DNA of 64,000 bases from Eledone cirrhosa (lineage: Eukaryota), in assembly GCA_964016885.1 (NCBI GenBank), contig OZ024740.1, forward strand, positions 100,750,001-100,814,000, in the 5' to 3' direction. Positions within the stretch are counted from its first letter, which is position 1, and the number at the start of each line of letters is the position of its first letter. Below the pieces are notes generated by a model. It searched no databases, was not told where the DNA came from, and worked only from the letters and a program-made list of their open reading frames with translations. Positions 37,701 through 49,586 of the stretch are shown here, piece after piece. Both the position numbers and the translations under genes were made by a program.

Positions 37701-38193
37701 GGCTGTTACACCCCACTCTATTAGGACATGCTCCTGCATAGTCCCAACCTGCATCTAGGATGTCATTCCAGTCCCCCGCTAGAAGCAGGGAACGTGACGT
37801 TCCCAGAAAAGTCTCCAGACGCTGGAAGAAGTCGGGTCGTTCAGCTCCGAAAGGGGAGTAGATGGCTACCAGTCTCAAGGCCGCACCTCCACTACTGCCA
37901 ACGTCTAGCACCAACAAACGACCTTCCGGGTCCGAGTGAACAACCTGTACGGCAAGACCCAGGTGTTTTTCCAGCAGTACGACAACCCCACCGCCACCTC
38001 CAGGTTGACAGAGAGATGCGTGAACCTCAAAGTCATCGAAGGTAGGGGCCAGCTGCCGCACGACGCTGATCCGAGTCTCACAGATAACCATTACATTTAT
38101 ACGACGTGACCTGAGGTCATTTAGAAGCTTTGCTTGCTTCCAAGTTGAGCCCAGGCCACGTGCATTCAAACATCCTACTCTTAACACATCCAT
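34754..38193 (-). CDS. E1 ORF2: AP endonuclease, reverse transcriptase and C-terminal CCHC; one frameshift near 35045
   Basis: CLNARGL, ICETR, AGDWN, YLDRF, TDH; KSPGLDG, FRPITLLN, DQSKAFDRV, RQGCPLS, YVDD; CPRC-x8-H-x4-C. The C-terminus continues in the frame of ORF 34754-35107. Confidence 0.9.
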
Positions 38194-40000
38194 GTGGGCG
38201 GCAAAGCCAAAGGAGAGTGTAGAGACCTACCTTTCTGCTTCCCGGGGTTCGGGTCGTACGACTTCCATGGGGTCGGGGGTGTTGGGTGAAGGGGTGTCTT
38301 GTGGTGGTTTTGGGGTCGTCAGTGTGTGGTGGGGTTAGGGTGTTTGGAGTTGTGTTGGGGAGGGGAAGGGGAGGGGGAAAGCTTTTTAGGAGGACGCGGT
38401 TTATGGGTTTGACAGAGGGTGGTCCTACGTCCTCCTTAAAATCCTTTTTTAGTTTTTGGTAGAGGTTCATTGGGATCTTTATTAATTTTAAATGTGGGTA
38501 GTTTTCTGAACAAACCAAGTTTACTCCTTCGGTTTGTACCGAAGGGTTATTGTTTATGAGTTCATTTAACTTATTATTGTTTCTGTTGATGTAAGTATAG
38601 TGTAATGTCTTTTTTTCGGATGGTGTGAGTGTTTCGAAGAGGGGAGGGGCAGATTTGGTTTTATTTGTTGCTGGAGGGGGGTTTTGTGTTTTGTTGGATT
38701 GTGTTGACATTTGGGTAGGGGCTGTTTGGCCTTGTGTGTTTTGCACGTGTTTTCTTTTTTTCCTTTTAATCTGTCTGAAGGACACCGTTTCTTCCTCCGA
38801 ATTCGTTGGGTTATCTTCAGTGTTGGAGGGAAGAGGTATGTTTGCTGGTAATGTTTCCGTGTTAGTTTTCTTTGTGGGGGAGATGGATGTCACTATGTTA
38901 GACTGTGTTGTGTGTTGTGGCTGCGGTGATTGTGTTGTTTTATTGAGTGAGGGGTTGGGTGGGACTGTGTTTTGTTTTTGGGTAATGTGTTGTGTCTGTT
39001 TGTGCTGTGGTGGTGGTGTAGTTTTACTGAGGGACGGGTTGGGTGGGAGTGAGTTTTGTTGTTTGTTTATCTGTTGTAGTGGTGGTGGAGCTGGTGTTGG
39101 TAGAAGGGTCTTCTTCTTGTTGAGTTGGGCACAAGCCGCCTTCAGGTGCCCTCTGCCTGCACAGATATGACAGGACAGCCTTCTCCCCTCCACGCTAATG
39201 TTTATATACCCGTGGCCCTCTAATAGGATTCTGTCGGGTATTTGGGCAATGCGTTCAGGCTTCATTTGCACTACAAGTTCTATACCTGTTCCACTGAACG
39301 CATTGCCTGTGGTTTTCCCAATGGAAATCACGTTGTCATTCGCTGGATCGATGAAGCCAGCTATGAGCCAGCAGTAGTCCATATCTGGCATAATCGCATC
39401 CAGCCATATGCGCTGAGTTCTTTTACCCATATAAGATGGATAAAAGGTAAAATTTGTCGAACGAATCGGCGACAAAGCATATTTTTTTGCCGCCGATTTG
39501 TTCTTCATAATAATGGCCAGGCTTCCATAGAGCATGTCTCTTCTTATGAAAGTGGCTTCATTAGGTACTTCTCTAAGTACCGCTTTAATTTCTGCTTGTG
39601 TTGGTTGTTGTGGCTTTTTTGAGATGTTGTTGATGGTGCGGAAAACGACCGTCCGACTTTCAATATCTTTGGTGAGTTCTTGGGGAACTTTTACTGACAA
39701 GGCTCCATTTTCCCCCTGAGTTATGAATTGTTTCGCGTTTTTTATTCTTTGTGCCTCATCTGAAATATTTTCAGGTATGTATGTTAAAGATTTTTTTGTT
39801 GTTTGTGCAAATGAGATGTTATTGGTGTTGACTTTGTCGTCTGTTTTGCTTTCTGTTATGATGTTGTTGTTTTCAAATGTTATTTTTGTGTTTGTTGTTT
39901 CTTTGTTTGTGGTATTAATATTGTCATGCAATTCTTTCAAATTTTTGTTGTTGTTTGAATCAATCTCCAGATTTGTGTTTTCGTCGACATTTTTCTGCAC
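38117..40000 (-). CDS. E1 ORF1: nucleic-acid-binding protein with a single CCHC zinc knuckle
   Basis: 627 aa; CHICAGRGHLKAAC; low-complexity Q/P/T/N tracts. The ancestral stop is probably TAG at 38227-38229 (see findings). Confidence 0.85.
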   Translation of the reverse strand: MQKNVDENTNLEIDSNNNKNLKELHDNINTTNKETTNTKITFENNNIITESKTDDKVNTNNISFAQTTKKSLTYIPENISDEAQRIKNAKQFITQGENGALSVKVPQELTKDIESRTVVFRTINNISKKPQQPTQAEIKAVLREVPNEATFIRRDMLYGSLAIIMKNKSAAKKYALSPIRSTNFTFYPSYMGKRTQRIWLDAIMPDMDYCWLIAGFIDPANDNVISIGKTTGNAFSGTGIELVVQMKPERIAQIPDRILLEGHGYINISVEGRRLSCHICAGRGHLKAACAQLNKKKTLLPTPAPPPLQQINKQQNSLPPNPSLSKTTPPPQHKQTQHITQKQNTVPPNPSLNKTTQSPQPQHTTQSNIVTSISPTKKTNTETLPANIPLPSNTEDNPTNSEEETVSFRQIKRKKRKHVQNTQGQTAPTQMSTQSNKTQNPPPATNKTKSAPPLFETLTPSEKKTLHYTYINRNNNKLNELINNNPSVQTEGVNLVCSENYPHLKLIKIPMNLYQKLKKDFKEDVGPPSVKPINRVLLKSFPPPLPLPNTTPNTLTPPHTDDPKTTTRHPFTQHPRPHGSRTTRTPGSRKVGLYTLLWLCRPHGCVKSRMFECTWPGLNLEASKASK

Positions 40001-40352
40001 ATTCGTCTGTTTTTATTTTATTTTTTCTTTCCTTCTCTATGACGTTAGTTGGGAAGCGTGCGAGCTTACAACTCTTACCGCTGTCCCCCCACCACTATTT
40101 TCGTTAGCTTCGTTTAACATTTCTCCCAGACGATTGAAATTTTATGCAACAACATTTTTAAAAACAGGTTTTTTACCCCTGGGAGGGGCGAAAATGAGCT
40201 GACCCACCGCCTGACAGCTCAGACGGGGGGTCAAGCTACACAATAGTATCAAAATTAAAATTAAACTTACAAAATTTCCGCAATAAATTGGAACAAAACT
40301 TCTGCGCGAAGTGAAATACGTCTACGCTATCGAACAGACGACAGCTAGATTA

Positions 40353-40353
<1 letters not shown>

Positions 40354-40443
<90 letters not shown>

Positions 40444-40448
40444 TATAA

Positions 40449-40495
<47 letters not shown>

Positions 40496-40513
40496 GATAG
40501 ATAGATAGATAGA
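40354..40513. repeat. (GATA)n microsatellite, the (TATC)n tail of Tx1 element E2
   Basis: About 40 units directly abutting the E2 3' end AATAAAGAAA on the minus strand. Confidence 0.95.
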
Positions 40514-43500
40514 TTTCTTTATTTGCCACAAGGGCGCACAAGAAAAGGGGACAATACAAAGACATGCTGGGGATTTTACATACAGTCGTGTAAAAAATAT
40601 AAAAACAAACAATTACAACAATCGAAATCCCCAATAGGGGTGAAGCGCCACATATGGATTGTTTAATACCCCGTCGATAGAACAACCCTCAACTGCAGGA
40701 GCATGTTGTGCAAGTGCTCCTTTCTTCCTTTTGCTCTCTTCTTCAACCTACAGGCTTATAAACAGAGAAGGCCCAATCACTCGGGCCATTTTCGCTTCAT
40801 TCACCCACCTTTCAGTAAATTTACTGGGGTGCAGTGCCCCTCTCTCCACTCTGATTCTCCTTCTAAAGTGATACTTAAAGAAGGGAATCAATTGTTGTCC
40901 GGGGAGAAAGGCATCTGTCCTCAGTCCTCTCAATCTCGTCCACCATATAACTTCTTCACCATAGCCACTGTACAGAGGAAAACCTCCTCTCTTTCGTTTT
41001 TGAAAGAGGCTGGCGGTTTGATCCTTACTATGGACTCGGCAGTCAACTGGATTTGTCCCATACGAGACAGCAGTTGTTCTGCATAGACCCACAGGTCGGT
41101 TACGCCCGGACAGTGGACAATTGCGTGCAGGACTGTTTCAATGTCCTGCGCGCATCTTGCACACGTCCACTTGGAAGGATCCCTGCCGGGCGTCCGTGCC
41201 TGTAGATCTTGTCACGAACCGGTAGAGCTCCTCAGTAGCACTGCCAGGTCAGGGACCTCTGGAAGTTGTCCATAGGTCCCGGGCAGAAAGTCCAACCAAA
41301 CAGACTGGTGAGCTCATCGTCTTCGACGCCTAGAGTCTTCCCGAGCACGTCGTCGCCCTTATAATGTATAATCCCTCTGTAGAATGTCGAAGTGGAGTCT
41401 CCACTGATTGCTGCGCCCGCTTGCCAGAGGACTGTGAGCGCCTGAGTGCATTCAATGTGCCAGGCGCCCATCGTTTTCGGTCTTTTTTTGACCCAGGACT
41501 GCAACTCCGTCAGCGAGACGAGCTGTGGGAAAGCCTGTCTCACAAACGGTGCCTACAGCGGTTGGGGGTCGGTGCGGAATACCTGGAGATGCCACAGCTT
41601 CAGCGCATATTTGCGCATCATCAGCCATGGCATTCTCAGCCCTCCATTGGAAGGGTGCTGACAGCAGACGGATCTCCTCACCAGCGGAGCCTGCTTCTTC
41701 CACAGAAACTGGAAGAGCATGCGTTCCATATTGGCGAGGACTTCACGGGGACAAGGCACGCAGTCAAGCGGTAGTAGATGACGGACCCTATGAAAGTGTT
41801 CGCCACCTTCGCTCGGCCTTTCAAGGACAGTTTGCACTCTGCCCACTTCTGGGTGAGTGCAAACACCTTGGCCGTGACCTCGTTCCAGTTTTTCTCGACA
41901 TGGAGGTCTGGACCGTACCAGACCCCGAGCAATTTCACCGGTCCGTCCGTCCAGCGTCCAACGACGCTGTCGGACGTCATCGGTTTGCCTCTCTATGTAC
42001 CGAGTTGCAAACCGACAGACTTGTCCGGCTTTAGTTTTGCTCCCGTCAGCGTTTCGTATTCGTTCAGTAAGTTGCCGATCACTCCGATGACCGAGGTGCT
42101 CAACACCATTACCGTCACGTCGTCGGCATAAGCCGACGCCGATTCGCGCAGTCCCGCTCCTAGAGGGATGCCCTGCAACAGCTCCAATTTCCGCAGTAGT
42201 GGCTCTAGAGTCAATACATACAGAATGGAGGAGAGATGGCACACCTGTCGAATGGAACGCGTGATTGCGAACGGCTCCGATAGGTAGCCGTTCACCTTGA
42301 CCCTCGAGCAGATGCTGGTGTACATCGCCTCGATCCAGCTTCTGAACACGGGACCGAAATTGGCCGCCTTGAGAATTGCTTCCAAGTATTGATGGTCGAC
42401 CCTATCGAATGCCTTAGACTGATCAAAATTGATCAGAGCCCCACCGAAGCCGGGTTTACTACTCACCCTCTCTATGATGTATCGCAGGAGATGGAGGTTG
42501 TCGTATATGGACCTGGTCGGGATTGCACATGTTTGCACTTTCCCTACTAGGTTCTCGACGACAAGCGCCAACCTCGTCGCTAGCACCTTCGCCAAAATCT
42601 TTAACTCTGTATTGAGCAGAGTTATGGGCCTGAAGTTGTTAATTTTGTCCCCCTTGTTCTCGTCTTTCATGATCAGCGTTACTACGCCCTTGCCTGCAGA
42701 ACTGGAAATTCTCCCGTTCTGCTGCCAATTGCAGTAGACGGCTTCGAGAACGCCAGAGAACAAGTCCGGCATGCCTATGTAAACTCATAGGGTAGACCAT
42801 CTAGACCGGGTGACTTGCGTTTCCCGCAGCGGCCCAGAGCGTCCCGTATCTCAGTGTCCGTTATTGGTCTATCGCAGAACTCGGCGTCCGTGTTCGAGAG
42901 ACGCGGCAGGCCATCGAGGTATGAACTAAAGTCCATTGCCCCGTTCGGCTCACCGTCGTTCTGCTCAAACAGTCGCGCAAAGTGCTGCTGAAAGTCCGCG
43001 CACATTTTCTTGGGGTCGAGTAGCACGCGTCCATTTTGATCTTTCGAAGACCGAATCGTGGACTTGTTGCCACTTTTTGCCTCTGCCACTCGGGCCCAGC
43101 TGACAGCTTTCGCTCCTTCGTTTCCTAGAGCACGTGTTTTGCTTCTGACCACGCAGCCTTCGTGTTTTGCATCGAAGAACTGGTCCAGTGCCGTTCTCGA
43201 CGCTAACACTCTAGCCGCATTGCCACTTATAAGTGCCTCCTCTACCTTGGCTATTAGTTCCCTTTCTAGTTTGTTTTTCTCTAAGGCTAACTCTCTGCTA
43301 AACCCTATCGATTCTATTCTAATTGTTTCTTGAGAGAGTACCACCATCTATTGTTGACGATGGCTCCTGTTAACTGTTGCTTTACTAGTCTACTTATCCG
43401 TTCACTGTAAGCTTTACGTGCCGGCAACGACACATTCAGCTTCCAGTATCCGTGTCCTTGTTTATGTGTTCTATCACGGTTGACTAAGCAGAAGACTAAT

Positions 43501-45750
43501 TTGTGATCTAAATATGCAACCATGTGCATTCGTGGACAGCTTAACATCTCCTTGTCCCTTTCTCTAATGAAGAACCTATCTAAATACGATCTAAATGTTC
43601 CGCTGCGGTTTGCCCACGTCCACTGTGGTGCAGTCGGGAAATCCAGTCGATACATATCAGCCAGTTGGAATTGGCCGATTAAAGTTTTTAAGCTGTTGCA
43701 CCCCGCTCTACTGAGACATGCTCCCACATAGTTCCATCGTGCATCTAGGATACCATTCCAATACCCCACTAAAAGTAAGGAGCGAGACGTTCCCAGAAAG
43801 GACTCTAGATGCTTAAAGAAGTCTGGCCGTGATTGCGATTGCCCGGTCGGGGCATAAACGGCCACCAGTCTGAAGGCTCTACCTCCAATACTGTTCACGT
43901 CTAGGGCTACCAGTCTACCCTCCGGGTCCAAGTGTACTTGCTATACTTCAACGTCCAGGTTCTTCCGAAACATGACAGCCACTCCACCCCCACCACCTGG
44001 CTGACAGAGAGATGCGTAGATCTGAAAGTCGTCGAAGATGGGGGGCTAGTTGCTGCCTGTTGTGGATCCTGGACTCGGTGATGGCTATCACATCCATACT
44101 ATGTGACCTAAGGTCGTTTAAAAGTTGGCCCTGTTTCCAGGGCATCCCTAGGTCACGCACATCCACGCTTCCAACTCGTAAACTAGCCATGTTGGTGAAG
44201 AAGAGTTGGAGAAAAAGGGCGAAAGGTGCACTTACCTTTTCGTTTCCTGGAGATCGGGTTGTTCAATCACCATTTGGGTGCTGGATGGGGTGTTGGTTGG
44301 GGTGGGGAAACATTTTAACAGGACGCGGTTGATGGGTTTCTGGCAGGGGTTGCCCACGTCCTGTGAACATTTATTTTTTAGGTTATTATAGGTTTCCATA
44401 GAAACCTTATAAGTTTAAGGTGTGGAGACGATTCTGCCTTGACGAAAGTTTTGCCCTCCGTCTCCACCTTGGGGTTTTGGGAGATGACCTCCATCAAATT
44501 CTTGTTGTTTGTGTTGATGTATGCGTATTGTTGTTTGTATTTTTGTTGTTGCTTTAGTTTGTTGTTCGTCTGGGAGTTTTCTTTTTATAGTGGGTGCTTA
44601 TGTTTGAGATGGTGTTGGTGTTGGTTTTGCTGATAGGGGGATGTTTGACTGTGGTTGTGTGTTGGTGTTGGTAATAGTGTTTTTTTAATGATGTTGTTGT
44701 TGTGTGTTTGTAAAGGACAAGAGGCTTTTAGGTGTGCTGTGCTAGCACAGTGAAAGCAATGAAAATTTCGTCCTTCTACCGAAATGTTTATTTTGTTGTT
44801 ATCATCGATGACGACTCTTTCGGATATTTTGGAGATTCTCTCTGGCCTCATTTGCAACAGAATCTCCAAATCAGTACCCGCCCACATTTGTCGAATATAC
44901 TTTCGTATCGAAAGAATCATATCAGTTTCTGGCTCTACGAAGCCAGCCAAGATCCACCAGATGTTAATGTTTGGGGGTATATTTTTTATTTTTATTTTTA
45001 GTGTCCTTTTTCCCATGTATGTAGGGAAAAAGGTGAATGCTTTTGACACCATTGGTGTCACAGAATGTTTTGGGCGAGTGCCTCGCTTTTAAACAGTACG
45101 GAAACACTTCCGTACTGTTTTCCTCGTTGGAGAAAATCGATATTTGATAGAATTTCTATGTCTGCTTGACTAACAAATATCGGCTTTCTCGTGGAATTGG
45201 ACACAGTACTAAAGGTGACTGATCTTCGAACTGTGTCTTCCTTTATTTCAAGGGGTGAGTTAATTCTAAACCCACCCTTCTCTTCGAAAGTTACAAATTT
45301 TCTCCCTTGCTGGAGCATATCTCTTGCATTGGAGATGTCAAGATTTATAAAATCTTGTTTTTTGTTCACTGTTTCAGCGAAAGACATTTTCTTTTTGTGT
45401 GTGGTGTTGCTGTTGTTGTTGTTGTTGTTTTCGTTGTTAGCCTCGGTGTTGGAAATCTCAGTTCCTTGACAGGGTGAAACTTTATGTGTAGATGTATCTG
45501 TGGAGTTGTTGATGTCTTTTTCATGTGTATGTATGTTTATAGGTTTAGTTTCTGTGTTTTCAGGTGAGTTAGTGTTATTTTTCTCCGCTTCGACGGTAGA
45601 AATTGTACAATTTTCCAGTGGTAACGCAGCTGACAATTCAGCTTGGGGGTTAATCTACAAAATAATATGTTTTTTCAAACAATTTGTTCTGTTTTTCGTA
45701 TATAAATTTACAAAAAGTTTTACCGGCGATGTTCCACGCCTCAGGCAGAA
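40514..45750 (-). mobile_element. Tx1/L1-clade LINE, element E2, near full length, many frameshifts and stops
   Basis: ORF1 pieces 44232-45636 with CFHCASTAHLKASC. ORF2 pieces 40748-44190 homologous to E1 (APE, YADD). Confidence 0.9.
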
Positions 45751-45774
45751 AGAGAGATAGATAAATAGATAGAT

Positions 45775-48075
45775 ATCTTTTTTTATTTTCCACAGGGGCG
45801 TACAAACATGGAACATTACAAGACGTGACGGCGGGGGTTTTACATAAAAATAACAATAATCTATATATAATAAAATAACGATTGAAATCCCCAGTAGGAC
45901 GGAACGTTACTGCAAAGTTGTTTTACACCCCGTGGATAGAACAACCCTCAACACTAGGAACACGTTTTGTAGGTGTTCCTGTCTTCCCTCTGTTTATCTT
46001 CCTCAACCTACAGGTTTATATAAAGAGAAGGCCCATTCACTCAAGCCATTTTTGCCACATTCACCCACCTTTCAGCGAATTTACTGGGGTGTAGAACCTC
46101 TCTCTCCACTCTCACCTTCCTTCTGAAGTGATACTTAAAGAAGGGGATAAGTTGTTGTCCGGAGAGAAAGGTGTTTGCCCTCAGTCCTTTTAACATCGTC
46201 CACCATATTACCTCTTTCGCCATAGCCACCAGACAGAGGAAAACCGGCTCTGCTTCGTTCTTAAATGAAGGCGGCGGTGTGATCCTCACGATGGACTCAG
46301 CTGACAACTGGATGCGTCCCACACGTGACAGTAGCTGTTCGACATAATTCCACAGGTCGGTCACCCCTGGGCACTGAACAATTGCGTGCAGAACGGTTTC
46401 GACTCCTGCTCGCATCTTGGACAGATCCTTTTGGCAGGATCTCTGCCAGGGCGTCCGTGCCTGTAGATTTTGTCTGTAACTGGTAGAGCTCCTCGGTAGC
46501 ACTGCCAGGCCAGAGACCTCGAAATTATCCATAGGCCCTGGACGGAAAATCCTCCCGAACAGACTGGTCAGTTCGTTCTCCTCAATGCCTAGAGTTTCCC
46601 GAGAACGTCGTCGCACTTATCCTCCACTAATCCACTATAGAATGTCGAAGTGGAGTCTCCGCTGATTGCCGTTTCCGCTTGGTAGAGGGCTGTGAGCGCC
46701 TGTAGGCACTCGAGGTGCCAGGCACTCATTTTCGGTCTTCGCTTGACCCAGGACTGCAGCTCGGTTAGTGAGACGAGTTGTGGAAGAACTTGTCTCACAA
46801 ACGACAGCCACACCGGTTCACCGGTCAGGAATACCTGGAGATGGCGTAGCCTCAGTGCATGTTTGCGCATCATCAGTCACTGCATGCCCAGCCCTCCGTT
46901 AGAAGGGTGTTGACAGCAGATGGATCTCCTCACAAATGGAGCCTGTTTCTTCCAGAGGAATTGAAGAGTAGGCGTTCCATTTTGGTAAGGTATTCGCGGG
47001 GGCAAGGCACGACTGTCAAGCGGTAGTAGTTGACTGATGCTATGTAAGTGTTCGCCACCTCCGCTCGACCTTTCAAGGAGAGTTTGCACTCAGTCCACTT
47101 CTGGGTGAGTGCAAACACCTTCGCCGTGACCTCGTTCCAGTTCTTGTCCACCTGGAGGTCTGGACCGAACCAGACCCCGAGCAATTTTACCGGTCTTTCC
47201 GTCCAGCGTCCAACGACACTGTCGGAAAGCATGGGTTTGCCTCTCCTTGTGCCGAGCTGCAAACCGACAGGGTTTAGTCTTGCTCCTATCAACGTTTCGT
47301 ATTCCTGTAATAAGTTGCCGATTACCCTGATTTCCGAGGTTTTCGACACCATTACGGTTATGTCATCGGCATAGGCTGATGCTGCTTTCCGCAGTCCTGG
47401 TTCGATCGTGATGCCCTGCAACAGCTCCAATTTCCGCAGTAACGGCTTGAGAGTCAGTACATACAGAATGGAGGAGAGAGGGCATCCCTGATGGATGGAA
47501 CGCATGATTTGGTATGGCTCTGATAGGTAGCCATTCACCTTGACTGCCGAACAGATGCTGGTGTGCATGGCAGCGATCCAGCCTCTGAAGACGGGACCGA
47601 AGCTGGCCGCCTTGAGAACTGCTTCCAAGTATTGATGGTCGACCCTATCAAATGTCTTAGACTGATCTAAATTGATCAGAGCCACACCAAAGCCAGGTTT
47701 ACACCCTACCCTCACTATGATGTATCGCATGAGGTGGAGGTTGTCGTGTATGGACCTGGTCGGGATTGCACACGTTTGGGCTTCCCCTACCAGGTTCTCG
47801 ACGACAAGCGCCAGCCTTGCTGCTAACACCTTGGCCAAAATCTTTAACTCTGTGTTGAGCAGAGTTATGGGCCTGAAATTGCTTATCTCATCCTCCTTGT
47901 ATCATCTTTCCTGCTCAGCGTTACTACGCCTCTGCCTACAGAACTGGGAATCCTCCCGTTCTGCTGCCAGTTGCAGTAGACCACTTCGAGGACGCCAGAG
48001 AACAAGTCTGGCATGCCTATGTAAAACTCATTGGGTAGACCATCTAAACCGGCTGATTTGCGTTTCCCGCAGCGA
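45775..48075 (-). mobile_element. Tx1/L1-clade LINE, element E3, 5'-truncated and degraded
   Basis: RT pieces (HQGCPLS, YADD) and C-terminus homologous to E1/E2. Short TATC tail at 45757-45775. Confidence 0.9.
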
Positions 48076-48125
48076 CAGAGAGACAGATACACACACACAT
48101 ATTGAGGGAGTGTGAAAGACCAAAG

Positions 48126-48342
48126 GTCATTATTGGAAGTCTCTGGATTTCGCAAAATATTTAACAAATTTTATTGGAGAAGGCAAGATATTTTTCCGTA
48201 AAAATTTGATTGCACTGTTTTGTTTCCTCTTATGTACTTTTCGAAAATGTTATTTGTTCATTATAAAAATTAAATGATAGCATTCTATATGTAGGTGGGC
48301 CCACTTCATCTGGCAACCAATATTTTTAGACCTAGTCTGCCA

Positions 48343-48345
<3 letters not shown>
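48126..48345. mobile_element. Right-end fragment of the foldback repeat
   Basis: Matches 2690-2893 and 49045-49214. Confidence 0.7.
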
Positions 48346-48392
<47 letters not shown>

Positions 48393-48397
<5 letters not shown>

Positions 48398-49214
48398 GCC
48401 AATCATAGTAAGTTTGTATCTAACTGACATGCAAAAACACATATATAGGAATACGTTAAGCCCAAATCATAGTATATTCAAATATCACAGAGAGATAGAG
48501 AAAGGGGGGGGGGGGTGAGAAATGAGGTGCAACAGAAATGAAACATGGATTACAGGTTAAAATATAGTCTAGATAGATGTGAAACATCCAAATGATTTCG
48601 AAGTCGACCTTAAGTAGGAGCAATAACATTAACAAAGACATGAACGACACCACAACACTTTGTTTTGAAATTTTTGTAAGAAAGTTTATAATTATGAATT
48701 TTCATAAGATTTTCGTAGTTGTCTCTGTGGCCTAGCGGTAGGTACTAGAGACGGTGGAGATCCTGGCCTTGGGTTCAATCCTCGTCAAGCAGTCTATGTT
48801 TCAGTTTTTATTTTACAACCAATAGAAAAAACTGAAAAGGTTTACCAGGAACCCTACTCCCGACCAGGATCAAACTTTAGACCAGAATCACCACCGTCTA
48901 TGATTCCTCCAACTAGGCCACAGAGACAGCTACAAAAGTATACTGAAAATTGATAATTATAAAGCTACTTTCAAAATCAAAGTTAAAAAGACGTCATTCG
49001 TGGCTTTCCTAGAGCTATTAGTAATATTTAGTGTCGACTTCTGGTTATTATTGAAAGTCTCTGGATTTCGCAAAATACATATTTGGGGGGGGGGGGGGGG
49101 GGGGGGGAAATGGTAAGATATTTTCCCGCAATAACATGATTACACTGTTTTCTTTCCACTTATGTATTTTTCATCTCCTGGCCTCCAATATTTTTAGACC
49201 CAGTCCGCCATTGC
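48393..49214. mobile_element. Foldback, MITE-like repeat with an inverted pair of tRNA-like units, copy 2
   Basis: Homologous to 2026-2893; palindrome 48715-48933. Confidence 0.75.
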
Positions 49215-49555
49215 TTTCAACCATAAATCTATCAGCTTCAATGTCTGTTCCCTCTGTTGTGTTAGTAGCCTTTCCATGCTGCATTCATTTTAGCATCATT
49301 GAATGTCCGTGTGCTACTATCACTCCAAATATACATCCCTGCAATGATGTTTTGATTCTCTTTGGTACACTGTTTTGCTATATATAATATCACATGCCTC
49401 CTGTACTGGACCTACCTATAAGCTAAATACCTAAGGGCCATGCACCTTGGGGAGCCTCATTTTTAAAAGCGTATTTTTATTTTATCATTAGATTTTATTT
49501 TCTAACACTAGATCATCATAAAAAATTATATATCATCATTACTATTTTTATCATC

Positions 49556-49586
<31 letters not shown>

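Larger units (their letters stand above)
34530..40346 (-). mobile_element. Tx1/L1-clade LINE, element E1, apparently full length
   Basis: About 345-nt 5' UTR, ORF1, ORF2, 3' UTR ending AATAAAGAAA-tatatctatct. Confidence 0.9.

Noticed and set aside
38117-38193. Genuine 77-nt ORF1/ORF2 overlap in E1
   Set aside because: Comparison with E2 indicates that ORF1 originally stopped at 38227-38229, so the overlap is probably a frameshift by-product.
35579-39622. Plus-strand ORFs antisense to the Tx1 elements
   Set aside because: Shadow ORFs of the GC-richer minus-strand coding sequence, with no motifs.
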